Shown piece by piece: positions 49,781 to 58,921 of a stretch of 64,000 bases of DNA. How positions within the stretch are numbered: position 1 is the stretch's first letter; each line of letters begins with the position of its first letter. The DNA lies in contig CAAGJW010000037.1 in the NCBI GenBank assembly GCA_900770215.1, positions 28,322 through 92,321 of the forward strand, in the 5' to 3' direction. Below the pieces are notes generated by a model that was not told where the DNA came from, did no database searches, and saw only the letters and a program-made list of their open reading frames with translations. This stretch comes from Bacteroidales bacterium. GTDB taxonomy: Bacteria; Bacteroidota; Bacteroidia; Bacteroidales; Muribaculaceae. The position numbers and the translations under genes are program-made.

Positions 49781-51871
49781 TCACAAGAGACCGATGAGCG
49801 CAGTCACATCGTCGACGTTGACAATACCGTCGCCATTGATGTCGCACTGGTCGGTGCTATACTGGGCCGTGCCCAGGATGTTTTGAATAATGGCCGTGAT
49901 GTCGCTCACGTCGACCTTGCCGTCGCCGTTCACGTCGCCTTGCAAGCCTGCCACGGTCACGTTGATGTCGTCGAGGCCGAGTTCATCGGAGTTGGCCTTG
50001 CTAAAGGCATGGAACCCAATGTGGTATACGCCATCGACAGGCACCACGAAGTTTCGGGACACTTCGGTAAACGAGACAACGTTGATGCTCATGGGCTCTA
50101 CGACCTGCTTGTAAGCCGCCACATCGGTCCCCTGGCCCACGGCCACTTCAAGGAGTTGGTTGTAGTCGGAAGGGCTATATTGCTTCTTGGCCTTGTAGGC
50201 GAGCTTGTAGCGATACTTCTTCTCCATCTTGAGCGGCGGGGTGAGCAGCCAGTCGTCGTCGGCAAGGGTCTTGCTGGCCACGATGCTGGCATATTGCAGG
50301 TTGTCGCTGTACTGGTAGTTGGTGGCTTTGTACTTCCAGGTGGCACCGTCGTCGTTGGCATCGATCACCGTGAAGAGGTCGAAGTTGTTCTTGTTGTAGA
50401 AATTCTCGCTATAGGGGATGCCGAGGGCATCGCCCAGCACGATGTGATTGGACTCGGCCTTGTCGCCCACGAGGCTGCCGTTGACGGGAGTAACCTGGTA
50501 ATAGTAGGACTTGAGGTCGGTGATGCTGTTGAGCGACTCGGTGAATGTAGTGGCACCGAGTCCCTGTGCCACGGTCACGTTGCCAGGCTGGCGCACCACA
50601 TTGTAGGTGAGTGCTGCAGGATCGAGCTTGGCATTGTTCTTCCCCATGGCTGGAGCCGTCCATGTGAGCGTGGCCTGTTGCGAAGCGGCGTCATAGGTCC
50701 ATTTCACATCGGTGGGTGCCGTGGGCGTGTCGGGGCCTATCCATTGCTTCACGCTTTCCTTGGGCCCATCGCCGGCAGCGTTGGACACGACCACCTCAAT
50801 CTCGGTCATGCCAGCCTGGGGCACGGTCACCTGCTTGCTCACTTCGGCACCAGCTGTAGTGGCCTCGCCCGTGACAAGGGCCACACCGTTGGCCTTGATC
50901 GTATAGGTGAGATTGCCCGAGAGCTGAGCTCCGGCATAGGTGGTGGCCGGCACCTTGAAGCTCACGTTGCCCGTGAGTGCATTGGGCTTGAAGTCGAGCT
51001 TGAGATCGGTGACAACGGCGGGTGCATCGTCGACTGCCTCAGGGGCAGGAATCCACATGTTCACCACGACTTCGCTGCCAGGATACTTGCTCACCAGCGT
51101 GGCTGCGCCTGTAGCCTTGTTGAGCTCGTAAAGGCCCGAAGTGCCGTCGCTCAACACAGCCGACCAGTACATCTTGCCGGTTGTGGGATCGACGGCTGCA
51201 CACATGGGATAGCCCGAGTTGATGCTCACGCCGGTGGGGCCCACAGCCGTGTAGGCCGTAGTGGTCTTATCGATGGCATAGAGCTTGGCATCGGTGCCCA
51301 CAGCATAGGCCTGGCCGTTGTTGTCGATGGCCAGGGCCACCATGTTGAGACTCATGGCATCGACCACCGTCTTCGACAATGTTGCATAGTCTACAGTAGC
51401 CCACTTGCGATCGATGATGTTGTAGTCGAGGTCGAAGTTGTTGAAAAGGCCCCACACTTTTCCAGTCGTGGGATCGATCGAAACATTGCATCGGGCTGCG
51501 ATATTGTTGTAGTTCACACTTTTCTTCTTGGTCTGCGTCCATGTCTTGGTGTCGTATTCCACATAGGTGAACGTGTAGTAGGTTTGCCCGTAAATCTCGC
51601 CCGAGGTGTAGTGCACGCCATGCATCACGCCGTCGTAGACGGCAGCGCCGCCCAGCGGAGCGAGAAAGTTGTCGTTTTCGGCAGTCGACACTTTGGTAAA
51701 CGTGGTGTTGCCCTGAGCAGGGAAACTGTAGATGCCTCGTTGCAGGGTTGTGCCCCATGATTTTGACTTGTAGACTCCACAATAGATGGTAGGGGATTGT
51801 GCGCTCGACGTCAACGAGAGCGCAAGCATGACAACAGCCATGCATAGGGGTAAAATCTTAGTAATTTTCAT
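49781..51871 (-). CDS. secreted protein: beta-propeller-like N-terminus, FN3, cleaved-adhesin-like domain and C-terminal type I dockerin
   Basis: Signal peptide; FTVIDANDDGATW...ADDDWLLTPP; GDVNGDGKVDVSDITAII...DINGDGIVNVDDVTALI duplicated Ca-binding loops. Confidence 0.82.
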   Translation of the reverse strand: MKITKILPLCMAVVMLALSLTSSAQSPTIYCGVYKSKSWGTTLQRGIYSFPAQGNTTFTKVSTAENDNFLAPLGGAAVYDGVMHGVHYTSGEIYGQTYYTFTYVEYDTKTWTQTKKKSVNYNNIAARCNVSIDPTTGKVWGLFNNFDLDYNIIDRKWATVDYATLSKTVVDAMSLNMVALAIDNNGQAYAVGTDAKLYAIDKTTTAYTAVGPTGVSINSGYPMCAAVDPTTGKMYWSAVLSDGTSGLYELNKATGAATLVSKYPGSEVVVNMWIPAPEAVDDAPAVVTDLKLDFKPNALTGNVSFKVPATTYAGAQLSGNLTYTIKANGVALVTGEATTAGAEVSKQVTVPQAGMTEIEVVVSNAAGDGPKESVKQWIGPDTPTAPTDVKWTYDAASQQATLTWTAPAMGKNNAKLDPAALTYNVVRQPGNVTVAQGLGATTFTESLNSITDLKSYYYQVTPVNGSLVGDKAESNHIVLGDALGIPYSENFYNKNNFDLFTVIDANDDGATWKYKATNYQYSDNLQYASIVASKTLADDDWLLTPPLKMEKKYRYKLAYKAKKQYSPSDYNQLLEVAVGQGTDVAAYKQVVEPMSINVVSFTEVSRNFVVPVDGVYHIGFHAFSKANSDELGLDDINVTVAGLQGDVNGDGKVDVSDITAIIQNILGTAQYSTDQCDINGDGIVNVDDVTALIGLL

Positions 51872-51984
51872 TTATAAAACGGTTATGGGTTAAAACTTTT
51901 GTTTAAAGTTCGGAGCACAAATATACAAAAAAATTCCTCGTGCACAAAAAAAAATCACAAGTACTTTACAGCAAGTGAGGCCAC

Positions 51985-53319
51985 TCACTTGAGCGACTTG
52001 AAATAGCGCGACATGAGCGGGACGGCGATGGCAAACGAGAACACGTCGGCCACAGCCTGGGTGATCTCGACACCCAGCAGGCACAACAAGTGGGGCAGCG
52101 TGAGAATGAGGGGGATGAAGCACAGCCCATTGCGGCAGGCTGCAAGGATATTGGCCGGGATGGTGCGGCCGCTCGTCTGCAGGCACATGTTGCTCACGGT
52201 GATGACCGCAGCCAGTGGCCAAGTCACGACTTGCCAGCGCAGGGCCACGGCGCCCACCGCCACCACCGCCGGGTCGTGCCGCATGAGGTCGATGAGCTCG
52301 CTGGCATATACAAAGCCGGGGATGCAGCACACGGCCAGGATGCACATGTCGAGCTTGATGCAGAAGAAGTAGCCCTGGCGCACGCGCTTGAAAAGCCTCG
52401 CCCCGTAGTTGAAGCCGCAGAAGGGCTGAAAGCCCTGCCCAACGCCAATGATGACGGCAAACACCAGGAAGCACAACCGGCCCACTATCGACATGCCGGC
52501 GATAGCCGCGTCGCCATAGACGCCCGCTGCCAGATTGAGCAGCATCACGGCCACGGCAGCCAGTCCCTGGCGCGTGAGCGAGGGAGTGCCGCCCTTTATC
52601 ATCTCCACATAGTAGTGCCACTTCCAGCAGGCATCGCCGAGCTTGATGTGGATGTTGTCGCCGTGGTAGCTCATGACCAGCAGCACCACAAAGCCGAATA
52701 TCTGGCTCAGTGCAGTGCCTATGCCGGTGCCCAGGATACCCATGCCCAGCGTGAAGGTGAAAATGGGTACAAGCACAACGTTGAGAACGGCGCCGGTCAT
52801 CATGCCATACATGGCATTGGCAGCATTGCCCTGGAAGCGCATCTGGTTGTTGAGCAGCATCGACCCGGTCATGAACGGCGCTCCCAGCAGCACCATGGCC
52901 AAGTACTTCTCGGTATAGGGCAAGATGGTGGGCGTTGACCCGCACCATACCGAGATGGGTGTGAGCAGCAACAGCCCAACAACAGCGATGACCACACCTG
53001 CCACCATGGCGCCCACAAAGGCTGTGGAGGCCATCTGGCAGGCATCGGTGTGCTTCTTGGCACCCAGCTGCCGCGAGATGTAGGTGCCCGACCCCTGGCC
53101 GAAGAAGAAACCCACGGCCTGTATCACCGATTGCAGCGGGAAGGCGACACCCACCGCGGCTGTGGCCTGGGTGTTGATGAGGCCCACATAGTAGGTGTCG
53201 ACGATGTTGTAGACACTCGTGACGAGCATCGAGATAATCGTGGGCACGGCCATGCGGGCGATGACGCGGCCCACGGGGCCCGTCGTGAGAAAGGTGTAGT
53301 TGTCGCCACGTGCGTTCAT
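51985..53319 (-). CDS. MATE family efflux transporter
   Basis: MAVPTIISMLVTSVYNIVDTYYVG, YISRQLGA, GFNYGA; about 12 TM helices. Confidence 0.93.
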   Translation of the reverse strand: MNARGDNYTFLTTGPVGRVIARMAVPTIISMLVTSVYNIVDTYYVGLINTQATAAVGVAFPLQSVIQAVGFFFGQGSGTYISRQLGAKKHTDACQMASTAFVGAMVAGVVIAVVGLLLLTPISVWCGSTPTILPYTEKYLAMVLLGAPFMTGSMLLNNQMRFQGNAANAMYGMMTGAVLNVVLVPIFTFTLGMGILGTGIGTALSQIFGFVVLLVMSYHGDNIHIKLGDACWKWHYYVEMIKGGTPSLTRQGLAAVAVMLLNLAAGVYGDAAIAGMSIVGRLCFLVFAVIIGVGQGFQPFCGFNYGARLFKRVRQGYFFCIKLDMCILAVCCIPGFVYASELIDLMRHDPAVVAVGAVALRWQVVTWPLAAVITVSNMCLQTSGRTIPANILAACRNGLCFIPLILTLPHLLCLLGVEITQAVADVFSFAIAVPLMSRYFKSLK

Positions 53320-53382
53320 TGCCGCAAAATTACAAAAAAATTTGATTGCAACACAAAATTGCGACGTGGGCTGCGCAATGCG

Positions 53383-55092
53383 CTACAGGCGCACGATGAG
53401 CGTGGAGAAGGGAGCAAGCTTCACAGTGCCTCTCTTGTAGGAGCCCTTGCCCGTGCTCATGAGCACCTTGCCAGCAGGCTGACCGGTGCGCATGGTCACA
53501 GCCTTCTCGCTTGGGTTGAGCGCCACAAGGCAGCGCTCACCGCTGGCAGCCGTGCGCAAGTACACCATGGGATACTGCTCGCCGTCGAGCGTGTTGAGCA
53601 GTTGCCAACCAGCATCGTTGCCCAGGGCCGGCTCCGAGGCGCGCAGAGCAAGCAGGCGCTTCACATAGTTGAGCATTGACGCGGGGTCTTTCTCCTCGGC
53701 CTCGACAGTGAGCTTGCCGCCATCGGTTGCCACGGGGAAGTAGAGGAGCTCGGGGGCACAAGTCGAGAAGCCTGCCGTGGGGCCGGGCGCCCACTGCATG
53801 GGCGTGCGTGTGCCGGCACGGTTGCGGCTACCCTCCTTGGGAGCAATGCCGTCTTGATACTTCATGCCTATCTCGTCGCCATAGTAGATAAACGGCACGC
53901 CTGGCATAGTAAGGAAGAAGGTCATGGCAACCTTGAGTTGGTCGGGCGTGTTGCGCGTGCCCACGTTGGGACGCTGAAAGTCGTGATTGGCCGTGGGGAT
54001 GGCAATGTAGCCGCGGTCTTTGGTCGCATTGTAGTCGGCGGCATAGATGTTGATGAAGTCCTTGAGCGAACCCTTGCCCAGGCAGTTGAAATAGCAGTTG
54101 TCGATTTTCTTGGTTTTGCCCCAAGGCGTGTCGCCCTGGAAGAAGAGGCTCGCATAGGCACTGCGCCCTATGTGTATCTCAAAGTCGATGTTGAAGCCGC
54201 CGGCTATCGACTGCTGCGGGTTGGACCACTCCGAGATGAGCACATTCTGCGGATAGTTCTTGTCGAGCCAGCGGCGCATCTCGCGCCACAGCTGCATCGT
54301 GGCCTTCTTGTCCTTGTCGCCTTTCACCAGCGAGGCAGCCATGTCGACGCGGAAACCGTCGACGCCCTTGTCCATCCAGAAGGCCATGATGTTGCGCAAC
54401 TCGCGGCGCACTGCCTGAGGCCCAGGCGCATCCACACCCTGCTCCCACGGGCGCTGGGCACTGGGATGGGCATAGCCGTAGTTGAGCGCCGGCTGGCACT
54501 CATAGTAGTTCTTGTAGTAGTACTTGCCACGTGGGGCATCGGCCTCCACCCAGTGCCCTATGGTGCTGGCCTTGGGGTCGTCGGCCTGGCGGCGACGCGC
54601 AATGTCGGCTACATCCTTGGCCCCGATGGTGTCGCTCCATATGTAGTAGTCGCTGTAGCGCCCGTTGGTGCCCTGCTGCGACTCCTTGAACCACTGGCAC
54701 TTGTCGCTCGAGTGGCCGGCCACCAGGTCGAGGCACACCTTCATGCCCCGCTTGTGGGCCTCGTCGAGAAGACGCACCAGGTCGTCGTTGGTGCCAAATC
54801 GCGGGTCCACCTTGTAGAAGTCGATGATGTCGTAGCCGCCGTCGAACCACCCCGACTCAAAGACTGGATTGAGCCACAGCGCGTTCACACCCAGCTGCTT
54901 CAAGTAGTCGAGCCGTGAGGTGATGCCAGGCAGATCGCCCACGCCGTCACCGTTGGTGTCCATGTAGCTCGACGGATAGATTTGGTAAAACACAGCCTTG
55001 CTCAGCCACTCAGGGCCCTTGTTGCCTGCCTGCGCCATAGCAGGAATGATGGCTGCGGCTGCAAGAGAAAGCAGAAATCGTTTAATATTCAT
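53383..55092 (-). CDS. secreted GH13 alpha-amylase family glycosidase
   Basis: FYQIYPSSY, GDLPGI, DGGYD, GVDGFRVDMA (nucleophile), ISEW, NHD, IYYGDEIGM, RTPMQW. Confidence 0.93.
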   Translation of the reverse strand: MNIKRFLLSLAAAAIIPAMAQAGNKGPEWLSKAVFYQIYPSSYMDTNGDGVGDLPGITSRLDYLKQLGVNALWLNPVFESGWFDGGYDIIDFYKVDPRFGTNDDLVRLLDEAHKRGMKVCLDLVAGHSSDKCQWFKESQQGTNGRYSDYYIWSDTIGAKDVADIARRRQADDPKASTIGHWVEADAPRGKYYYKNYYECQPALNYGYAHPSAQRPWEQGVDAPGPQAVRRELRNIMAFWMDKGVDGFRVDMAASLVKGDKDKKATMQLWREMRRWLDKNYPQNVLISEWSNPQQSIAGGFNIDFEIHIGRSAYASLFFQGDTPWGKTKKIDNCYFNCLGKGSLKDFINIYAADYNATKDRGYIAIPTANHDFQRPNVGTRNTPDQLKVAMTFFLTMPGVPFIYYGDEIGMKYQDGIAPKEGSRNRAGTRTPMQWAPGPTAGFSTCAPELLYFPVATDGGKLTVEAEEKDPASMLNYVKRLLALRASEPALGNDAGWQLLNTLDGEQYPMVYLRTAASGERCLVALNPSEKAVTMRTGQPAGKVLMSTGKGSYKRGTVKLAPFSTLIVRL

Positions 55093-55232
55093 GATGCTTT
55101 GTTGTTTTGATTGAACGTCCTATATTTTTGTCTATGATATTATCGATCAATTGTGTTACAATTATTTACTGCATGGTGAGCATGGGGGTGCTGCCTGCAT
55201 GAGACAGAGGCCCGGAAGGCCAGGAGCTCGGG

Positions 55233-57140
55233 TTACTGCATTATCACCACCTTGCTGGCGTGGGTGCCGCGCTTCACGATGTAGATGTGGCCAGGTGTGA
55301 GGGTAGTCACCCGCACGCCCTCGAGGTTGTAGTAGATGGCAGGGGCGTTGCACGTGGGTGCCACCACGTCGATCACGCCGCTGTAGCGGTCGGGCAGCGG
55401 TGCGGCCGGGGTGGTGTCGCGGGCAGGTTCGGTGCTTGTACCGCTAGTGGTGTAGTCGCCATATTGCTTCGAGAGCCAGGCTATTTTCTCGCTCAACTTG
55501 ATGAGCACAGTGGCACGCTTGGCGGCAATGTCGCTGTTGTCGGCCACGGCCGACTGGCCCGATGGCACGTCGATACTGCCCCATCGCTTGTGGTCGGCAA
55601 TGGCAGCTTGGGCTATGCGGGAGGTGAAAGCCTGCACGTCGTCGGCGACACCTGGGTAGCACGAGTGCATAAACCACAGCCAGGTGGCCTTCACCTTGGC
55701 CTGCAGGGCGGCATTTTGCAACATCGAACGTATCCATGTGTTGCCATAGGGGCTGTTGATGAAGAAGTAGTTGGAAGTCGACCCGAGGAAGGAGCTGCCC
55801 AGGTCCCACAAGGGCGAAAAGTGCCACTTCTGGCCTTCGCCGGCGTCGCGAAACATGTAGGTCGAGCCATGGAAGGCCTCGTGGTCGCACATGAGCTCGT
55901 GCACGAGGTAGAAACGGGCCAGGTCGTCCTGGTCGATATATTGCCACAGCGAGTCGCTGCAAGCGCCCACATAGTCGTTCATGAGTGTGAATTGCTGCTT
56001 CAAGAAGTCCTGCTGCACGCTCGAGAGCTCCTCGGGGGTGTCGAAGGTGATGCGCAGCTTGTCGCGATACTGGCCCAGGATGCAGGTCTTCTCGTCGAGG
56101 CGCAACTGGTTGTCCTCGTCATAGTTGTCGAGCTCCACGATGTAGCCGCCGGTGGCTTTGAGCGCATCGGTCTCATTGTCGGCCATCTCGTTGATATTCA
56201 CCCGATCCTTCTCAAGCCTTATCGACTCGGTGAGCAGGTAGAGGCCTCGATAGTCGCCGTTGATGACCACCTCCACGGGCATCTGGCTGGGCGTCCAGGG
56301 CAGGCCTATGCGGTGTCCCAGGTCGAAGCCCAAGTAGTTGCACAGGTAGCCATAGTTGTCGTCGGCGCCAGCCATCAAGGCGAAGTGCTTGCTCTTGCTC
56401 AGCCCCAGCAGCGACTGCTTCTTCTCGAGCTTAAGCTTGAAGGGCTTCTTGGGAAACCCGGTGCGGGTGTAGTTGCCGCGCGCCTTGATTTGCAGCGGCA
56501 GCGGCTCGCTTGCCGAGCCTATGCTCTTGGCACCCAGTTCCTGCATCCACTGGCAGCCGTTCAGGTCGAGCCAGTAGGAGCCCGCGATGTAGTTCTTGTG
56601 GGCCAGGGTGTAGCTGTTGATTTCGTCGTTCAAAGTGCCGTCCTCATTCATGGTCGTGATGTAGAGCACGGGCAACGTGCCCGACACGCCCTCGGCCACA
56701 GTTGCCTCGCGCGTGGCTTTCACCACGATGGTGGTTGTGCCTGTAGAGTCGAGATCGAAGGTGATGGTCACGTTCTTGAGCTTCCGGGCCACATAGTTGG
56801 CCCCGTCTTGCACGCCCTTCACCGTGCCGTCGCCTATGAAGATCACGCCTTGCGACTCGCCGCCATAGTTCAAGCTCCAGTCGCTGTTGCTCACCTTCCA
56901 CTCGCCATCGAGCTCGTCAACAGTCACAGTATAGGTCTTGCCGCTGCGCGTGAAACTTTGCGTGTCGCCCCCCTGCGCCCAGTTGTTGAACGTGCCGCGC
57001 AGATACATCAGCGGGTACCCACCCGCATCGGCCTTGCCCGCCGCACCTGCCATCGTGGAAAGCCACAGCAACAATGTGAACATCATCAATACCATGTAGA
57101 GACTTTTCACAGTCCTCAACTTGCAATCTCGCTGTTTCAT
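55233..57140 (-). CDS. CotH-family kinase with N-terminal carbohydrate-binding-like domain and T9SS-like tail
   Basis: IKARGNYT, KKPFKLKL, VEVVINGDYRGLYLLTE, PLWDLG; N-terminal MYLRGTFNNW..WKVSNSDW; tail YYNLEGVRV. Exact start uncertain. Confidence 0.85.
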   Translation of the reverse strand: MKQRDCKLRTVKSLYMVLMMFTLLLWLSTMAGAAGKADAGGYPLMYLRGTFNNWAQGGDTQSFTRSGKTYTVTVDELDGEWKVSNSDWSLNYGGESQGVIFIGDGTVKGVQDGANYVARKLKNVTITFDLDSTGTTTIVVKATREATVAEGVSGTLPVLYITTMNEDGTLNDEINSYTLAHKNYIAGSYWLDLNGCQWMQELGAKSIGSASEPLPLQIKARGNYTRTGFPKKPFKLKLEKKQSLLGLSKSKHFALMAGADDNYGYLCNYLGFDLGHRIGLPWTPSQMPVEVVINGDYRGLYLLTESIRLEKDRVNINEMADNETDALKATGGYIVELDNYDEDNQLRLDEKTCILGQYRDKLRITFDTPEELSSVQQDFLKQQFTLMNDYVGACSDSLWQYIDQDDLARFYLVHELMCDHEAFHGSTYMFRDAGEGQKWHFSPLWDLGSSFLGSTSNYFFINSPYGNTWIRSMLQNAALQAKVKATWLWFMHSCYPGVADDVQAFTSRIAQAAIADHKRWGSIDVPSGQSAVADNSDIAAKRATVLIKLSEKIAWLSKQYGDYTTSGTSTEPARDTTPAAPLPDRYSGVIDVVAPTCNAPAIYYNLEGVRVTTLTPGHIYIVKRGTHASKVVIMQ

Positions 57141-57219
57141 GTTGGAAAATATCATATTTATAAACACGCAGTTTCATGCTGGGAAAAAGATACCCAAAAA
57201 AGACAATGAGCACCCCTAT

Positions 57220-57349
57220 AGTGGCTCGACTGGCAGACAGGGGAAAACACAGCCTTGCTCAGCCACTCGGGGCCCTTGTTGCCCGCCTGCACCACAGCGA
57301 GCTGCAATGCAGCCGGCGCCAGCGCCCAAAAGAGATACCTGATGCTCAT
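57220..57349 (-). pseudogene. decayed duplicate of the 5' end of the GH13 gene
   Basis: MSIRYLFWALAPAALQLAVVQAGNKGPEWLSKAVF; 57244-57290 matches 54987-55033 at 45/47 nt. Confidence 0.8.
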
Positions 57350-57630
57350 AGTCGTAGAAAGTTTTCCACAAAGTTAACCAAAATCCCCACACCCGCCAAC
57401 CCCGCCGCCCTGCAAAAGCACCTGCACAGTCCACTCCCTGCCCCCAACCCTGTCATAACAAAAAGCAATAGCTGAACAAAATACGCTTCTATTAACGTTT
57501 ATTAAACTTGATGTGTTCATTTTCTTCACTCCATCACTTTATTTTTGGAAAAAAAATAAATAGTCAATAAAATATCACAGCAAACATTATATTTAATTAA
57601 AAGTTGGAACAAAAATCTAAATATTTTCAA

Positions 57631-57638
57631 TATATTTG
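57631..57638 (+). promoter_or_regulatory. -7 promoter element of the cas operon
   Basis: TATATTTG in an AT-rich region about 30 nt before the cas6 ATG. Confidence 0.6.
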
Positions 57639-57669
57639 TAGAAAACAATGCCAAAAATATTACAGCATC

Positions 57670-58335
57670 ATGAGAATTATCATAAACACCACACCTGCCA
57701 CAACCCCCGTTCCCTTTGACTATCAAGCCAAAATGGTGGGATGTATTCACAAGTGGATAGGTGAGCACAACCTGTTACACGACACCATCTCGCTCTACTC
57801 GTTTTCCTGGCTGCAAGGCGGCAAGGCCGATGCCAAGGCTTTGAGTTTTCCTAAAGGTGCCACTTTTTTCGTCAGTTTTTACGACGAGAGCGTGATCAAG
57901 ACGATCATCCAAGCCATATTAAACGAGCCAAGCATGTTCTGTGGCATGAATGTGAGCGATGTGACACTTGCCGAATATCCCGACTTCGACCACCGCGACT
58001 ACTTCTATTGCGGCAGCCCGATCTTTATCAAACGCAGAATGGCCGACGGCAGCATCAAGCAATACAACTATCTTGATACCGAAGCCAGCCTTCTGCTCAA
58101 GGAAACGCTAAAATCAAAAATGAGAAAAGCAGGCCTTGAAGAAGACGAAACTTTGGACATTCACTTCGACTCCAGCTTTGACAAGAAGAAGCTCAAACTT
58201 GTGCGCTATCATGGCATCAACAACAAAGCAAGCATGTGTCCCGTCATTATCAAGGGCAAGGCCGAGACCAAACGCTTTGCATGGGATGTGGGCATAGGTA
58301 ACTGCACAGGCATAGGGATGGGAAGTATTTATTAG
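57670..58335 (+). CDS. cas6: CRISPR-associated endoribonuclease Cas6
   Basis: LHDTISLYSFSWL, SPIFIKR, C-terminal G-rich loop GIGNCTGIGMG. Confidence 0.93.
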   Translation: MRIIINTTPATTPVPFDYQAKMVGCIHKWIGEHNLLHDTISLYSFSWLQGGKADAKALSFPKGATFFVSFYDESVIKTIIQAILNEPSMFCGMNVSDVTLAEYPDFDHRDYFYCGSPIFIKRRMADGSIKQYNYLDTEASLLLKETLKSKMRKAGLEEDETLDIHFDSSFDKKKLKLVRYHGINNKASMCPVIIKGKAETKRFAWDVGIGNCTGIGMGSIY

Positions 58336-58357
58336 AATGAGAAAAAAAGGAGGTATT

Positions 58358-58909
58358 ATGTATATCGTAACCTACAGAGGCCCTTTCGGGTTTATTAAGC
58401 CCTGGACAGCCGTGCGCGACGGCGAAACATTCAGCCAGCAGTTTCTCACGCCGTCTATCATCGAAGGCATTGAGAAAAAGCTGTTTCCCGAACTGTTGCA
58501 AGTGCCAGGCATCCACAAGATAGTGCGACACAAACTCACCTATTCGGCAATCACTCAACAACAAGAAGTGACACAAGCAAGGGCTTGGAGAGACACCAAG
58601 AAGACACACACGCGTGCCCGGTCTATCATAACCCGCGGCGTGATGCTGCATCCCGTTTTACGGCTTGCTTTCAACAGTCGTGACGATGCCTTGCAAGCCT
58701 CAACACAACATGTGTGCCTGTGCCGTAATGAAGACATAATGTTGCCCGACCCTGGTATCACCGAAATGGACGAGGTGAAATTTTCCCTACTCAAAGGATT
58801 CGAATTGCGAATAGGGGAATCCAGCCAGTCTTTTCTTGTGGGATTCAATCGATTTGACAAGCAGCAGCCCATGCATGGCTGGCTGGAATACAACGGCATG
58901 TCGCTGTAA
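58358..58909 (+). CDS. cas5: CRISPR-associated Cas5 (divergent, inferred)
   Basis: YRGPFGFIKPW...FLTPSIIEGI resembles the Cas5 N-terminal RRM; late CLCRNED in place of LGRxE; located between cas6 and cas3. Confidence 0.72.
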   Translation: MYIVTYRGPFGFIKPWTAVRDGETFSQQFLTPSIIEGIEKKLFPELLQVPGIHKIVRHKLTYSAITQQQEVTQARAWRDTKKTHTRARSIITRGVMLHPVLRLAFNSRDDALQASTQHVCLCRNEDIMLPDPGITEMDEVKFSLLKGFELRIGESSQSFLVGFNRFDKQQPMHGWLEYNGMSL

Positions 58910-58921
58910 CACAGAAAAAAA

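Noticed and set aside
57350..57669. CRISPR array or CRISPR-like mini-array upstream of cas6 (GTTGGAAC at 57603-57610 resembles a repeat 3' end)
   Set aside because: No second repeat copy with regular spacing is visible and the cognate repeat is unknown; cannot be supported until the real array is available
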